Shown here piece after piece: positions 30,429-39,750 of a DNA stretch of 64,000 nucleotides; within the stretch, counting starts at the first letter, position 1; every line of letters starts with the position of its first letter. The stretch lies in IMG/VR virus record IMGVR_UViG_3300024294_000597; one strand, 5' to 3'. This stretch comes from a virus. A program made the position numbers and the translations under genes. The notes beneath the pieces are model-generated. The model searched no databases and had not been told where the DNA came from. It saw only the letters and a list, made by a program, of their open reading frames with translations.

Positions 30429-33400
30429 TATAGCATACGCAACCGATACTACTGCACCAGATAATCCAACAACTACTAGTCCAGATACCTTAGATTTAGA
30501 TGATGGTACCATATCCAATCCAACATATGGTTGTCCTGCAGGTACCTCTGCGGCATATGTATATGGAAGCGGAAGTTCTGTAAGGTGGGGAGAGTGTCAA
30601 AATACATTTGCTATTTCTTATGCAATTAACCAAGCACTACAAGGCACAGGCGTAAGTATAGACAAGGTTCACTATCAATGGAAGTATATTCATTGCTTTA
30701 ATGAACCTGGTAAATTTTGTAGTGTTGATATTGAAGACAGAGTAAACCTCTCAACAGGTGAGATTACTGATGATACTTATTGGGACGAATTAGTTGTAGT
30801 TGTAGAAGTTACAGATTCTAGTGGTAACGTAGTTGAAACTAAAACATGGACTATGGATACATGGTATGACTGGACATCAAGCAATAGTCACAGTACTAAT
30901 GAAGTACAAGAAGGTACAACTGTTTGGCAGATACATGAAGACAATATAGAAATTTACAATCATATAGATAAAGTAGGAACAATACGTACACCAAATGCAT
31001 TAGGAGATGTTCGTTTTAGAATTACTGGATACGATAAAGGTAATTGGGATGGTTATTACGGACCTATCGTAAACGATATAAAAACTTGGTTTACTTATAG
31101 AGCAAACCCTTGTAATGATACTGCACTTTATGATCCAAGTTGTCCAGGATATGCTACTGCATATGCGGCATGGGAATATGACCAAAATTGTGCCGCTAAT
31201 GCACTTTATGATCCCGGCTGTCCTGGGTATTCTACTGCATATTTCAATCAACAGTGTAGTGCAGACCCATTATATGATAGTGGTTGTGATGGCTACGCAG
31301 AAGCATATTACAATCAACAATGTAGTGCGGATCCACTTTACGATAGTGGATGTGATGGATATGCCGCGGCTTACTTGACTCAACAATGTAATTTAGACCA
31401 ACATCATAGCAGTGAATGTCCATATTATAATTGGGCTATTACTACTGTCACAGCCGGTTGGGGAGAAAATGCGGCAGGACAAGGTAGTGATTTTATTGAA
31501 ATAGTTAAAGCCTCTAGCACTGATAGGTGGTGGGCATTATGGTATAACGAATCAGAAATAGACGCAGGCGATTGGGTTGCTAAATGTAAGACTTACGATG
31601 ATGGATGTGAAGATGCAGTTATTAGTAGTATTACTTTTAATTATAGTAATGGTCAGCATTATGCATTTCTATACACAAAAGACACAGATGGTAATACCTT
31701 TATCCCTACAAACGGTGACAAATATAGATTTTTAACAAAGACACAGTTAGATACATACTGTGATTCGAGTTCACTTTATAGTCCAATGTGTGATGGATAT
31801 GCGGCCGCATACTTTACACAACAATGCACAGCCAATCCACTTTACAACAGTGAATGCGATGGCTATGCGGCGGCTTACTTAGAACAGCAATGTGGTATAA
31901 GTGCATTACACTCTACGTCATGTTCAGGTTATGCCGCGGCTTACTTGGCTCAGCAATGTAGTTTAAATCCTTTACATGATAGTTCGTGCAGTGGATATGC
32001 AACCGCATATTTCAATCAACAATGTAGTTTAGATGCTTTATACAACAGCGAATGTCCAGGTTATGACACTGCATATTTCAATCAACAATGTAGTTTAGAT
32101 GCAACATACAACAGTGAATGTCCGGGCTATGAAAGTGCTTACTTTACACAACAATGTAATGCAGACCCATTATACAATAGTGAATGTAGTGGATACGATA
32201 CAGCATATTTTACACAGCAATGTACAGCCAATCCACTTTATAACAGTGAATGTAGTGGATACGATACAGCATACTTTAATCAGCAATGTGGATTAAGTGC
32301 ATTATACAACAGCGAATGTGATGGATATGATGAGGCTTACTTGTCTCAACAGTGTGGCATCAACACGTTATATGATAGTAGTTGTGATGGATATGAAGAA
32401 GCATATACACTGGCACAGTGTAATGAGAATCCATTGTATGCTGAAAGTTGCGAAGGTTACGACATATCATATTTCAATCAGCAATGTAGCTTTGACCCAC
32501 AATATGATACACAGTGTCCAGGTTATCAAGCACCTGTAGAAGATACTGTTGACCCAGTTGCTATTGATGATGGAATAAGCACAGGTGATGCAGTTGTTGA
32601 TAGTATTATTGCAACACCAGACTTACCAACTGTAAACTTAATACCTGAACTTCCAGCTATTGAAGTTGAGATTTTACCAGTTACTCCAATAGAACCAGAA
32701 GTAGTAGAGGTTCCGGTTCCAGATGCTGTGGAACAAATTGAAATAGAAATTGAAGCAGAGATAGAACAACTTGAAATGGAATTAGAAGTTCCAGAAGACA
32801 CATCATCAAATGATACAATGGAACTAGAAGTAGAGACAGAAGAAAGTGAGCCAGAGACAATAGAAGATATAGCAGAGGAAAGTACAGAAAATGAGGACAC
32901 TAGTGAGGAGTCTACAGAAAGTAACGAAGAAGAAAGTACAGAAGAAGAAAGTACAGAAGAAGAAAGTACAGAAGAAGAATCAACTGACGAAGAAAATGAA
33001 TCTGAGGAAAATACTGATGAATCTGAGAATGAAGAAAGTGAGGAAGAGTCAGAAGAAGTAGAAGAATCTGAAAGTGAGGAAGAAGCTACAGAAGAAGATG
33101 AAGCGGAAGAAGAGTCTGAAAGTGAAGAATCTGAAACTAAGTCTGATACAAAAACAGAAGCAAAACCTAAGTCTACTAAAAAGCAACCATTAACTAAAGA
33201 ACAAAAAAGAAAAGCAAAAATTAAAAAGATGAAACAAATTATCAAAGATAAACTAAAACAATTAGCAGATGTTATGGGTAAAGCAGTGTCGCTAGAGCAA
33301 CAACAGGCTCTACAGGCACAAATAACTGCACTTATAAATTACGTACCTGGATTCAACGCATATAGCGAATCTTATATACCAGGCAGAGATTTTTATCTAC

Positions 33401-33519
33401 CAGATGATATCTACTTAGATAAAAAGATACCGGAAAATCAGAGAGGATTACGCAATGGTTTAGCAAGTGAAATATTACATGAGAAAATGGTTGATATGCA
33501 ATATGAGGGGATGGAATAA
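30343..33519 (+). CDS. Large exported protein with 22-aa Cys repeats, a Glu-rich linker and a basic/helical C-terminus (possible start GTG 30376)
   Basis: Signal-like KGLLLQAFLLCWLSLCNIAYA; about 17 units of CxxxxLYxSxCxGYxxAYxxQQ. Confidence 0.8.
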   Translation: MMKRELQKKGCVKGLLLQAFLLCWLSLCNIAYATDTTAPDNPTTTSPDTLDLDDGTISNPTYGCPAGTSAAYVYGSGSSVRWGECQNTFAISYAINQALQGTGVSIDKVHYQWKYIHCFNEPGKFCSVDIEDRVNLSTGEITDDTYWDELVVVVEVTDSSGNVVETKTWTMDTWYDWTSSNSHSTNEVQEGTTVWQIHEDNIEIYNHIDKVGTIRTPNALGDVRFRITGYDKGNWDGYYGPIVNDIKTWFTYRANPCNDTALYDPSCPGYATAYAAWEYDQNCAANALYDPGCPGYSTAYFNQQCSADPLYDSGCDGYAEAYYNQQCSADPLYDSGCDGYAAAYLTQQCNLDQHHSSECPYYNWAITTVTAGWGENAAGQGSDFIEIVKASSTDRWWALWYNESEIDAGDWVAKCKTYDDGCEDAVISSITFNYSNGQHYAFLYTKDTDGNTFIPTNGDKYRFLTKTQLDTYCDSSSLYSPMCDGYAAAYFTQQCTANPLYNSECDGYAAAYLEQQCGISALHSTSCSGYAAAYLAQQCSLNPLHDSSCSGYATAYFNQQCSLDALYNSECPGYDTAYFNQQCSLDATYNSECPGYESAYFTQQCNADPLYNSECSGYDTAYFTQQCTANPLYNSECSGYDTAYFNQQCGLSALYNSECDGYDEAYLSQQCGINTLYDSSCDGYEEAYTLAQCNENPLYAESCEGYDISYFNQQCSFDPQYDTQCPGYQAPVEDTVDPVAIDDGISTGDAVVDSIIATPDLPTVNLIPELPAIEVEILPVTPIEPEVVEVPVPDAVEQIEIEIEAEIEQLEMELEVPEDTSSNDTMELEVETEESEPETIEDIAEESTENEDTSEESTESNEEESTEEESTEEESTEEESTDEENESEENTDESENEESEEESEEVEESESEEEATEEDEAEEESESEESETKSDTKTEAKPKSTKKQPLTKEQKRKAKIKKMKQIIKDKLKQLADVMGKAVSLEQQQALQAQITALINYVPGFNAYSESYIPGRDFYLPDDIYLDKKIPENQRGLRNGLASEILHEKMVDMQYEGME
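31111..32526 (+). repeat. 66-bp (22-aa) coding tandem repeats in two blocks (5 + 12 units)
   Basis: For example TGTAGTGCAGACCCA at 31255 and TGTAGTGCGGATCCA at 31321, 66 bp apart. Confidence 0.9.
32926..32979 (+). repeat. 15-bp tandem repeat GAAGAAGAAAGTACA x3.6 (EEEST)
   Basis: Perfect copies at 32926, 32941 and 32956. Confidence 0.9.
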
Positions 33520-33848
33520 TGTTAAATTGTTTAGTATTGGGTTTGGCACTTTCAGCACATGTGGGATTAGAAGGAAAATATAACAATCTTCACCCATATG
33601 CAATGTGTGAAACCGAAAAGACTATTGTAGGAACTTACTATAATAGTTTAGACCGATGGAGTCTTATTGGGGCATATAAATATAGTCTTAATAAAGACCT
33701 GTCATTAGATATTGGCGTTGCCACTGGATATGACTATGATGTTGTACCAATGGCTAGATTAAGATATAAAAACTTATTCGTTATGCCAACTGTTGAAGAT
33801 GAAGAAAGGACTGGTGTCGTGTTTGGCATACAGTTTGAATTAAAATAG
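33519..33848 (+). CDS. Small exported beta-strand protein, possibly an outer-membrane barrel (PagP-like pattern)
   Basis: Signal-like N-terminus; GTYYNS...S.IGAY, GVATGY and amphipathic C-terminal GVVFGIQF. Confidence 0.5.
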   Translation: MLNCLVLGLALSAHVGLEGKYNNLHPYAMCETEKTIVGTYYNSLDRWSLIGAYKYSLNKDLSLDIGVATGYDYDVVPMARLRYKNLFVMPTVEDEERTGVVFGIQFELK

Positions 33849-33857
33849 GAGCAACTT

Positions 33858-34367
33858 ATGAGTGACAAAACAACAGTAGAAGTTGGTGGAGTTAAATTCA
33901 CTGGTGGAAAGTTATTTTTAGTTATAACAATTCTGAGTACACTTGGTGGCGCCGCATGGGGAGGCTTTGAATTTTATAATGACTATAGAAATATGAAAGC
34001 CAAGATAGAACGCTATGTAGCACCAGACTTAAGTGGAATTAGAGCAGAACTACAAGTAGTTAACACAAAACTTGATGAAGCATTAGACTATTCTAAAGAT
34101 ATTAAAAACGGATTACGTGATGATATTGTTAGATTGGAACGTATTGTAGATTCAATAGAAGATGATATTAACAAAGTAGAAGATAATGTACGTGAACAGA
34201 TTGATTTAGCTGACCAGCGTTTTGAAAATAAACGTGACCAGTTACTTACAGACTATGAACAAAAAGCAGATAGTTTACGCACAAGCACTGATTTAAAACT
34301 TAAAGAACTAGAAACTAGATTGAATAAACGTTTGCAAAGGGCGTTAGACAATCCATTAGCAAATTAA
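33858..34367 (+). CDS. Membrane-anchored coiled-coil protein
   Basis: Single TM then heptad repeats, ending ALDNPLAN; SD AGGAG. Confidence 0.7.
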   Translation: MSDKTTVEVGGVKFTGGKLFLVITILSTLGGAAWGGFEFYNDYRNMKAKIERYVAPDLSGIRAELQVVNTKLDEALDYSKDIKNGLRDDIVRLERIVDSIEDDINKVEDNVREQIDLADQRFENKRDQLLTDYEQKADSLRTSTDLKLKELETRLNKRLQRALDNPLAN

Positions 34368-34371
34368 TAAT

Positions 34372-34449
34372 TGGTCGGGGTGGTAGGATTCGAACCTACG
34401 CTCTCCTGGTCCCAAACCAGGCGCTTTAGCCAGACTAAGCTACACCCCG
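34372..34449 (-). tRNA. tRNA-Pro(TGG)
   Basis: Cloverleaf, anticodon arm CCTGG-TTTGGGA-CCAGG, GTTCGAATC, encoded CCA. Confidence 0.95.
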
Positions 34450-34453
34450 ATAA

Positions 34454-34798
34454 TTATGGTAAACAAGGTTTAATAGAATTCTTATAATACAAAACCGTTT
34501 TATCATTTGTTGTTTCTACACGATGGATTACCGATTCTTTTGGTCGTCCAAAACATTTATTCAAACTTTGACCTGGAAAACGATAACGAGTATTCATTTT
34601 TAGAAACTCCCACTGTTTTGCATTTCGAATTCTAATATTCTCATTTCTTTTGCTATCAATACAAAAAGCAACATCTGACAAGTTATCATAATCAGCCATA
34701 CACTTTTTTGCAATAAAGTTTTTAGCATCCGCGCCCGTAGAGATTAGTAAACACGTAATCAATACGGTTGCAAATTGAGCCGATAATTTAGTATCCAT
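34454..34798 (-). CDS. Hypothetical exported protein
   Basis: Signal-like N-terminus and paired Cys. Confidence 0.5.
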   Translation of the reverse strand: MDTKLSAQFATVLITCLLISTGADAKNFIAKKCMADYDNLSDVAFCIDSKRNENIRIRNAKQWEFLKMNTRYRFPGQSLNKCFGRPKESVIHRVETTNDKTVLYYKNSIKPCLP

Positions 34799-34989
34799 TA
34801 TTCAGGCTCCACCCAAGGATAACAAGGAATAATACTTTGCTTACAATAACGAGCATTATCTACCAATAGGAATGGAACTCCTACAATAAAGAACAAAATA
34901 ATAGCAAATGCTTTACCTAGTCCTTTTAGTGTGCAATAATTAGTTTGTTCACTCATGTTCGCCACCTCGGCCTCGACCAAAGCCACCAA
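34798..34989 (-). CDS. Small membrane protein (start probably MSEQTNY)
   Basis: One TM segment. Confidence 0.5.
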   Translation of the reverse strand: MVALVEAEVANMSEQTNYCTLKGLGKAFAIILFFIVGVPFLLVDNARYCKQSIIPCYPWVEPE

Positions 34990-35377
34990 AATATTGTGGC
35001 TTGCGTTTTGCTGTTTCGAATGTTGCTACAGTAATAGCAATGGCACCAAGTAATAGTGTATGTAGCATCATACTGAACACTCCTGCCCACATGCTACCTA
35101 CAATAATAGCAAATACAATACACCACATCCATGCTAATACTTGCATAATCATATGTCGTGTACTAAAATCTGGAATATTACTTAGTGGATTCTTTTCGTG
35201 ATCCATTACTACATTCCAACTGTTAAAAATAAATTCTCTCATTGATATTACCTTTCTAAATATTATCTTTGTAGGATAATGAGCATCCATATCATCACGA
35301 TATTCAATCGCATCATGTACATCATGGAATTCTTGGGATATTTTTTTATCCTTAAACCATGCCGTTACTTTATACAT
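34949..35377 (-). CDS. Membrane protein (possibly internal start MREFIFNSW)
   Basis: Two TM segments in the C-terminal half. Confidence 0.55.
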   Translation of the reverse strand: MYKVTAWFKDKKISQEFHDVHDAIEYRDDMDAHYPTKIIFRKVISMREFIFNSWNVVMDHEKNPLSNIPDFSTRHMIMQVLAWMWCIVFAIIVGSMWAGVFSMMLHTLLLGAIAITVATFETAKRKPQYFGGFGRGRGGEHE

Positions 35378-35394
35378 CTATTATCCTTTCTTCT

Positions 35395-35468
35395 TGGCAT
35401 CGGTGCAGGGAGTCGAACCCCGGCTTACAGTTTTGGAGACTGTCGTGCTACCGTAACACTTCACCGAT
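35395..35468 (-). tRNA. tRNA-Trp(CCA)
   Basis: ATCGGTG/CACCGAT acceptor, ACAGT-CTCCAAA-ACTGT anticodon arm, CCA end. Confidence 0.95.
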
Positions 35469-35474
35469 AAATTT

Positions 35475-35551
35475 TGGTAGACCCCGCCGGACTTGAACCG
35501 ACACTCGACCCGTTATGAGCGGGTGGCTTTAACCAATTAAGCTAGAGGTCT
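35475..35551 (-). tRNA. tRNA with CAT anticodon (Ile2-like or elongator Met)
   Basis: ACCCG-CTCATAA-CGGGT; paired 1-72 so not initiator; C4/C5 acceptor as in Ile2. Confidence 0.9.
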
Positions 35552-35558
35552 ATAATAT

Positions 35559-35636
35559 TGGCCTCCACTAGAGGACTCGAACCTCTGACCTAGTGCTTAG
35601 AAGGCACTTGCTCTAATCCAACTGAGCTAAGTGGAG
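35559..35636 (-). tRNA. tRNA-Arg(TCT)
   Basis: AGTGC-CTTCTAA-GCACT anticodon arm, CCA end. Confidence 0.95.
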
Positions 35637-35644
35637 AAATTAAA

Positions 35645-35719
35645 TGGTACACCCTACGAGAATCGAACTCGTCTTTCCAGGTTGAAAACCTGGCGTCCTA
35701 ACCGATAGACGAAGGGTGC
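35645..35719 (-). tRNA. tRNA-Glu(TTC)
   Basis: CCAGG-TTTTCAA-CCTGG anticodon arm, CCA end. Confidence 0.95.
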
Positions 35720-35727
35720 GTAATGAT

Positions 35728-35814
35728 TGGTGCCTCCTCCCGGACTCGAACCGGGACGCTTTTAAAGGCGAGAGATTTTAAGTCTCTTGTGTCTACCTAT
35801 TCCACCAAGGAGGC
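35728..35814 (-). tRNA. tRNA-Leu(TAA)
   Basis: AGAGA-CTTAAAA-TCTCT, long variable arm, CCA end. Confidence 0.95.
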
Positions 35815-35819
35815 TAAAC

Positions 35820-36113
35820 TTAAACATCTTCCTCCATTGGTTGTTCGGTTGAAATCGTATGCATCTTCATAATGATGAAGTCTATATCATCGGGTGTTAA
35901 TCCCTGTCGAACTGTATTATCTTTTTCTGTAATACCTGGTAGTTCGGTTAGTTCATCATTTACCAATGCACCAATTTCGTAAAGTGGTTTATGGGATTCT
36001 TTAATGACACTTAGTGCATATTTAGAACCAAAGTTAATACGAGTACGCATTATGCGACCAGAATTATCTGATTTAAATGTTAGGTCACTAAATTTTAAAC
36101 GAGATTTAAGCAT
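35820..36113 (-). CDS. Hypothetical protein (likely start ATG 36113)
   Basis: MLKSRLKF... overlaps the stop of the upstream short ORF. Confidence 0.55.
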   Translation of the reverse strand: MLKSRLKFSDLTFKSDNSGRIMRTRINFGSKYALSVIKESHKPLYEIGALVNDELTELPGITEKDNTVRQGLTPDDIDFIIMKMHTISTEQPMEEDV

Positions 36114-36279
36114 TATAATTAGGCGCCATATCACGCTCAAATTGGTTAACGACCATTTTCTTATCTTCAATCATTCGTTCAATGATTGCATAGCCGCTAC
36201 GCTTTTCGTCACTTGCACCTTCTGTGATAAGAATAAGTGCATTCTCTAAACTTTCGATGTCATTCAATAAATCTATCAT
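36106..36279 (-). CDS. Hypothetical 57-aa protein (not in the ORF track)
   Basis: MIDLLNDIESLENALILITEGASDEKR...; ATGA overlap with the upstream gene. Confidence 0.55.
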   Translation of the reverse strand: MIDLLNDIESLENALILITEGASDEKRSGYAIIERMIEDKKMVVNQFERDMAPNYNA

Positions 36280-36554
36280 GAGTAATCCTTCTCAATCCAT
36301 TCTGTTGCATCACCTGTATACATTACACCATAGAACTGTGTATTGATACAATTTGGTCCGGTATATTTCCAACGCACATCCATACACATGCCACTGGCAG
36401 ATCCGGTTTCTTTAACTGCGTAACCAATCTCTACTAAATCTCCAAAGCAGTACTCACGTGCACCACCGGCTTCGATAATATTTGGACACATATTCATGTC
36501 AATCTCTGCCTTAAGATTAGTTTGTTTTGTTTGATTACTTAAGTTAGTATACAT
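36276..36554 (-). CDS. Hypothetical early protein
   Basis: Coding-strand ORF in the early cassette. Confidence 0.5.
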   Translation of the reverse strand: MYTNLSNQTKQTNLKAEIDMNMCPNIIEAGGAREYCFGDLVEIGYAVKETGSASGMCMDVRWKYTGPNCINTQFYGVMYTGDATEWIEKDYS

Positions 36555-36556
36555 GA

Positions 36557-36880
36557 TTATGAGCCTACTGTCAACTCAATAAAATCATTTTCTACATTAT
36601 AATCCAGTTGTTCAACGTAGACACCCCAATACCCACAAGCATCCATAAGATGTTGTGAAGCCTTGAGAACAGAAGGAACGTCCCATTCACCGTTGACTAC
36701 TTTAACTTTGTGACCTGATGCCCACTGCATCATAAAGAAATCATCCGTATTCAAACGATAGTCGGCCATATCGGTTCGCAATTCATATTCGCCATCTGCA
36801 ATACCCATTGCTTTTGTTGTCTCACAATCGAATACCATACGGTTTTCGTTAAGATTTGAATAGATAGATTGATTTGTCAT
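36557..36880 (-). CDS. Hypothetical early protein
   Basis: Directly follows a repeated promoter. Confidence 0.6.
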   Translation of the reverse strand: MTNQSIYSNLNENRMVFDCETTKAMGIADGEYELRTDMADYRLNTDDFFMMQWASGHKVKVVNGEWDVPSVLKASQHLMDACGYWGVYVEQLDYNVENDFIELTVGS

Positions 36881-36943
36881 AGTGATTCTCTTTCTCTTTG
36901 ATTACTTAATTAATATAGCACGATTCGTAATATTGTCAAGTTT
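36878..36943 (-). repeat. 66-bp promoter+UTR repeat, copy 1
   Basis: 63/66 identical to 37185-37250; TTGACA-atattaCGAATCgtgc-TATATT. Confidence 0.9.
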
Positions 36944-37187
36944 AAAATTCAGCAACTTCGTTGGTTACAAGATTACGCATTTCAAGTATTACATATGGAA
37001 CCTTGGTTGACATTGTTACTTTACCAGCCCAATCACATGCGTCTTCCCAATCAACAAAATTCATTGTTTCTACTGTTTCAAGACCTTCGGCAATCCCTGA
37101 CAAATGATATTTCTTCATTTCAACTTTGAACTGCATACCTAAAAAATCTGATTTAAGTGTTTCAAGCATTTGAATTTCATTTTGCAT
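36942..37187 (-). CDS. Hypothetical early protein
   Basis: Lies between the two promoter repeats. Confidence 0.6.
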   Translation of the reverse strand: MQNEIQMLETLKSDFLGMQFKVEMKKYHLSGIAEGLETVETMNFVDWEDACDWAGKVTMSTKVPYVILEMRNLVTNEVAEF

Positions 37188-37250
37188 AATGATTCTCTTT
37201 CTCTCTGATTACTTAATTAATATAGCACGATTCGTGATATTGTCAAGTTT
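37185..37250 (-). repeat. 66-bp promoter+UTR repeat, copy 2
   Basis: TTGACA-atatcaCGAATCgtgc-TATATT. Confidence 0.9.
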
Positions 37251-37411
37251 TATATAGCAAGTATTAATTTCATTTCGTTAACAATATCTTTGTATGTTTG
37301 AATCTTCTTTTCAATCGCATACTTTTTCATTTTTACTGATGAAGTGTTACCAGCAAAAGTAGTTAGATATTTTTCTAACTTTTTGATTTCGTTTTCGTAT
37401 TGTTCTATCAT
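37250..37411 (-). CDS. Hypothetical 53-aa coiled-coil protein (not in the ORF track)
   Basis: MIEQYENEIKKLEKYL...; has its own promoter at 37437-37464. Confidence 0.55.
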   Translation of the reverse strand: MIEQYENEIKKLEKYLTTFAGNTSSVKMKKYAIEKKIQTYKDIVNEMKLILAI

Positions 37412-37436
37412 TTTTCTCTCTCTTGATTATGTATTT

Positions 37437-37464
37437 AATATAACACGATTCGGGGATTTGTCAA
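37437..37464 (-). promoter_or_regulatory. sigma70-type early promoter with CGAATC
   Basis: TTGACA-aatcccCGAATCgtgt-TATATT. Confidence 0.8.
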
Positions 37465-37468
37465 GTTT

Positions 37469-38596
37469 TTAGTCGTCCCTTTCACCATATCCATAATCGA
37501 TAACAACTGGAAATCTTGGAACGCCATCATTAGATAATTCAAAGTATCTGCAAGTAGCCCACGTGGGAGTTTCAGCATTTAGGAGTTCTTTTAATTTCTC
37601 TTGTGAACCTCTAACACCTGAACTGAATTTTGTACCATTTGCAAGTTGAAGATTAAACCTTTTTGCATAACCTGACCAGTTACCATTACCTTCCTCAATA
37701 CTTACTACAGTAAATTCTTCTGTGATAAATTCTTTTCGCTTTAGAAGATTTTTACTTCTCTTACATTCGTAAGCAGTATCCTGTCTAACCATTTGACCTT
37801 CATACCCTGCCTCTGTGTATTCACCATACATTTTATCAATTTCGGCAGTAGTATCTGTTTTAGTAGTTTCAACTAAAACAACCATTAATGGATTAGCAAA
37901 CTTTCCAACATTATCTTCTAACCATTTACTTCTTTCAGTAAATGTCATATCTGGATTGTTTTTATCAAACATATCATAAACATGATACTCAACTAATTCT
38001 GCACTCTCGGCAATTTCTTCTGGTCTACATTTTACTTTTCTAACAAGCGAAACAATCTTTTGAAAGTCTGCTTTAAGATTATGATTGTAAAGTTCACCAT
38101 CTAAAACTACACTAGGATTATTATCAATTATAGTTTGTAGAGTTTTCATAATGTGCGGACAACTATTGATTGGCTTTCCGCTCCTTGAATTCATACCATG
38201 TTTATCAACTAAACATCTAATACCATCTAGTTTCGGTTGTGTGTAACCGCTAGTAACTGGCTTCTTTGTAAAATCATTAGCTAACATAGGTTTGAATAGT
38301 TCGTAACTATCAACATCATCTATGTTTTCAAAATATTCTTTATCTGCTTTTTGGTCCCAACTAGATTTTGCTTCTGAAATGGCTTGGGTCTTGGCAGTTG
38401 TTCCATTTGCTTTGCCAACATTCTTAGCAATAGACATATTCCATTCGCTAGTAACTTTCTGACCATCAATCAACCCGGCAATAGTTCTTGTACCAGCAAC
38501 ATCATCCGAATCAAAACCGTATTCTACAGTCCAAATCCTTAATTTGCCCTTTGTATCTCTTTTATATAAACTCGCCAAACTTGTGATATTTTGCAT
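37469..38596 (-). CDS. ATP-dependent DNA ligase
   Basis: PMLA, QPKLDGIRC (adenylated Lys), LDGELY, EGQMVR, LLKRK, PRFP. Confidence 0.93.
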   Translation of the reverse strand: MQNITSLASLYKRDTKGKLRIWTVEYGFDSDDVAGTRTIAGLIDGQKVTSEWNMSIAKNVGKANGTTAKTQAISEAKSSWDQKADKEYFENIDDVDSYELFKPMLANDFTKKPVTSGYTQPKLDGIRCLVDKHGMNSRSGKPINSCPHIMKTLQTIIDNNPSVVLDGELYNHNLKADFQKIVSLVRKVKCRPEEIAESAELVEYHVYDMFDKNNPDMTFTERSKWLEDNVGKFANPLMVVLVETTKTDTTAEIDKMYGEYTEAGYEGQMVRQDTAYECKRSKNLLKRKEFITEEFTVVSIEEGNGNWSGYAKRFNLQLANGTKFSSGVRGSQEKLKELLNAETPTWATCRYFELSNDGVPRFPVVIDYGYGERDD

Positions 38597-38624
38597 ATTT
38601 TCTCCTGATCCTGATTATGTATAT

Positions 38625-38652
38625 ATAATAACATGGAATGCTATTTTGTCAA
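38625..38652 (-). promoter_or_regulatory. sigma70-type promoter (variant spacer, no GANTC)
   Basis: TTGACA-aaatagcattccatgt-TATTAT. Confidence 0.7.
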
Positions 38653-39033
38653 GTTTTTTTCAGCATTTCGGTATGCTTTTAGCATAACTTCCTGCATATC
38701 AAATGCTTCAATTTCCCAAGGACGCTTTAAGTAAGGAACATCAGAACACTCAAATAGTGGATGTTCTTTTCTTACATCTTGTTTAATATGTACAAATTCG
38801 TGGAATATGCTTGTAAGTAAATCATCTTCACTCAAACCCTTACGTACACGCATTGTATATTCACGGTATTCATCACCGCTTATTACGTCTGCATCAACTT
38901 TGATATTAGGGCGAATTTCAATATCTATTTCTATATTCTTGTGCCGTGGGAGCAAGTAGTCCTTAGCAAACCAAAGTGCCTTAACTACCAATTCTTTCTC
39001 TTTTTTCAGGCCGCCTTTTATAGAATATAGCAT
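38641..39033 (-). CDS. Zincin-like metallopeptidase-domain protein
   Basis: IFHEFVHIKQ (HExxH) and PWEIEA. Confidence 0.75.
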   Translation of the reverse strand: MLYSIKGGLKKEKELVVKALWFAKDYLLPRHKNIEIDIEIRPNIKVDADVISGDEYREYTMRVRKGLSEDDLLTSIFHEFVHIKQDVRKEHPLFECSDVPYLKRPWEIEAFDMQEVMLKAYRNAEKNLTK

Positions 39034-39085
39034 ATTTTTCTCTCATTGATATTTACTAGGATATTCTTGGTATTAAATGCGTAGA

Positions 39086-39691
39086 TTATTGTGCTACGTT
39101 GTCTCCGAATTCAGAGTAATTGTGAAAAACATAGTTCCAAAGTTGACTGATATTTTCAATTTCTGAACCTAACTTTAGAGCATATGTTGAAATCTGATTT
39201 GATACAGAATTATAATCAACATCATCTAACAGACAATCTTCAAGCATTTTTGTAACGCATTCTTTTACTTGAACATAACGCATGTTTTCTAGTTTACGTG
39301 CAACCCATTTCTTACCTGCATAACGTCCTGTCTGCATACGTACTTTTGGGTCACGTGTAATGCAAGTGTATCCTTCTGATTCATAGATTTCAGAAAATAA
39401 CTGATACTCAGATTGTAAATCTTCTTTATCAACATCACCTAATTCTTCATAAGAAACAGTCCATTCATCTTTTTTAGTACTGCTAAGAATTCGTAGGAAA
39501 GTTGTAGTAGAACCTGATTGAGCAGAATCTTTTCCTGAAAGAGCATATGCGGCTTTTGAAAACGCATTTGTAACTGTTACGTTCTGCTTATAATTTTCTT
39601 GTGAAGTTTGCCAAATGTGATACATTTTTCGAGTATCATTTGCAAAAATGCAAAATGTATGGGGAACTTTAATTGTTTCTAACTCTGACAT
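39086..39691 (-). CDS. Hypothetical early protein
   Basis: Own promoter at 39721-39748. Confidence 0.6.
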   Translation of the reverse strand: MSELETIKVPHTFCIFANDTRKMYHIWQTSQENYKQNVTVTNAFSKAAYALSGKDSAQSGSTTTFLRILSSTKKDEWTVSYEELGDVDKEDLQSEYQLFSEIYESEGYTCITRDPKVRMQTGRYAGKKWVARKLENMRYVQVKECVTKMLEDCLLDDVDYNSVSNQISTYALKLGSEIENISQLWNYVFHNYSEFGDNVAQ

Positions 39692-39720
39692 ACTAAGTCC
39701 TTTTTTCTGAGTATGTATAT

Positions 39721-39748
39721 ACTATAACACGATTCGCTAGTTTGTCAA
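39721..39748 (-). promoter_or_regulatory. sigma70-type early promoter with CGAATC
   Basis: TTGACA-aactagCGAATCgtgt-TATAGT. Confidence 0.8.
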
Positions 39749-39750
39749 GT

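Noticed and set aside
31111-32526. 66-bp periodicity as a CRISPR array or DGR template/variable repeat
   Set aside because: The repeats are in frame and vary at synonymous positions. There is no constant repeat with unique spacers, no adenine-specific pattern, and no cas or RT gene in the window.
32526-33245. 239-aa poly-Ser ORF on the minus strand
   Set aside because: Reverse complement of the GAA-rich acidic linker.
35279-35470. 63-aa plus-strand ORF
   Set aside because: Antisense to tRNA-Trp and a minus-strand gene.
35395-35814. Suppressor tRNAs or an alternative genetic code
   Set aside because: All anticodons are sense, and conserved genes are uninterrupted in the standard code.
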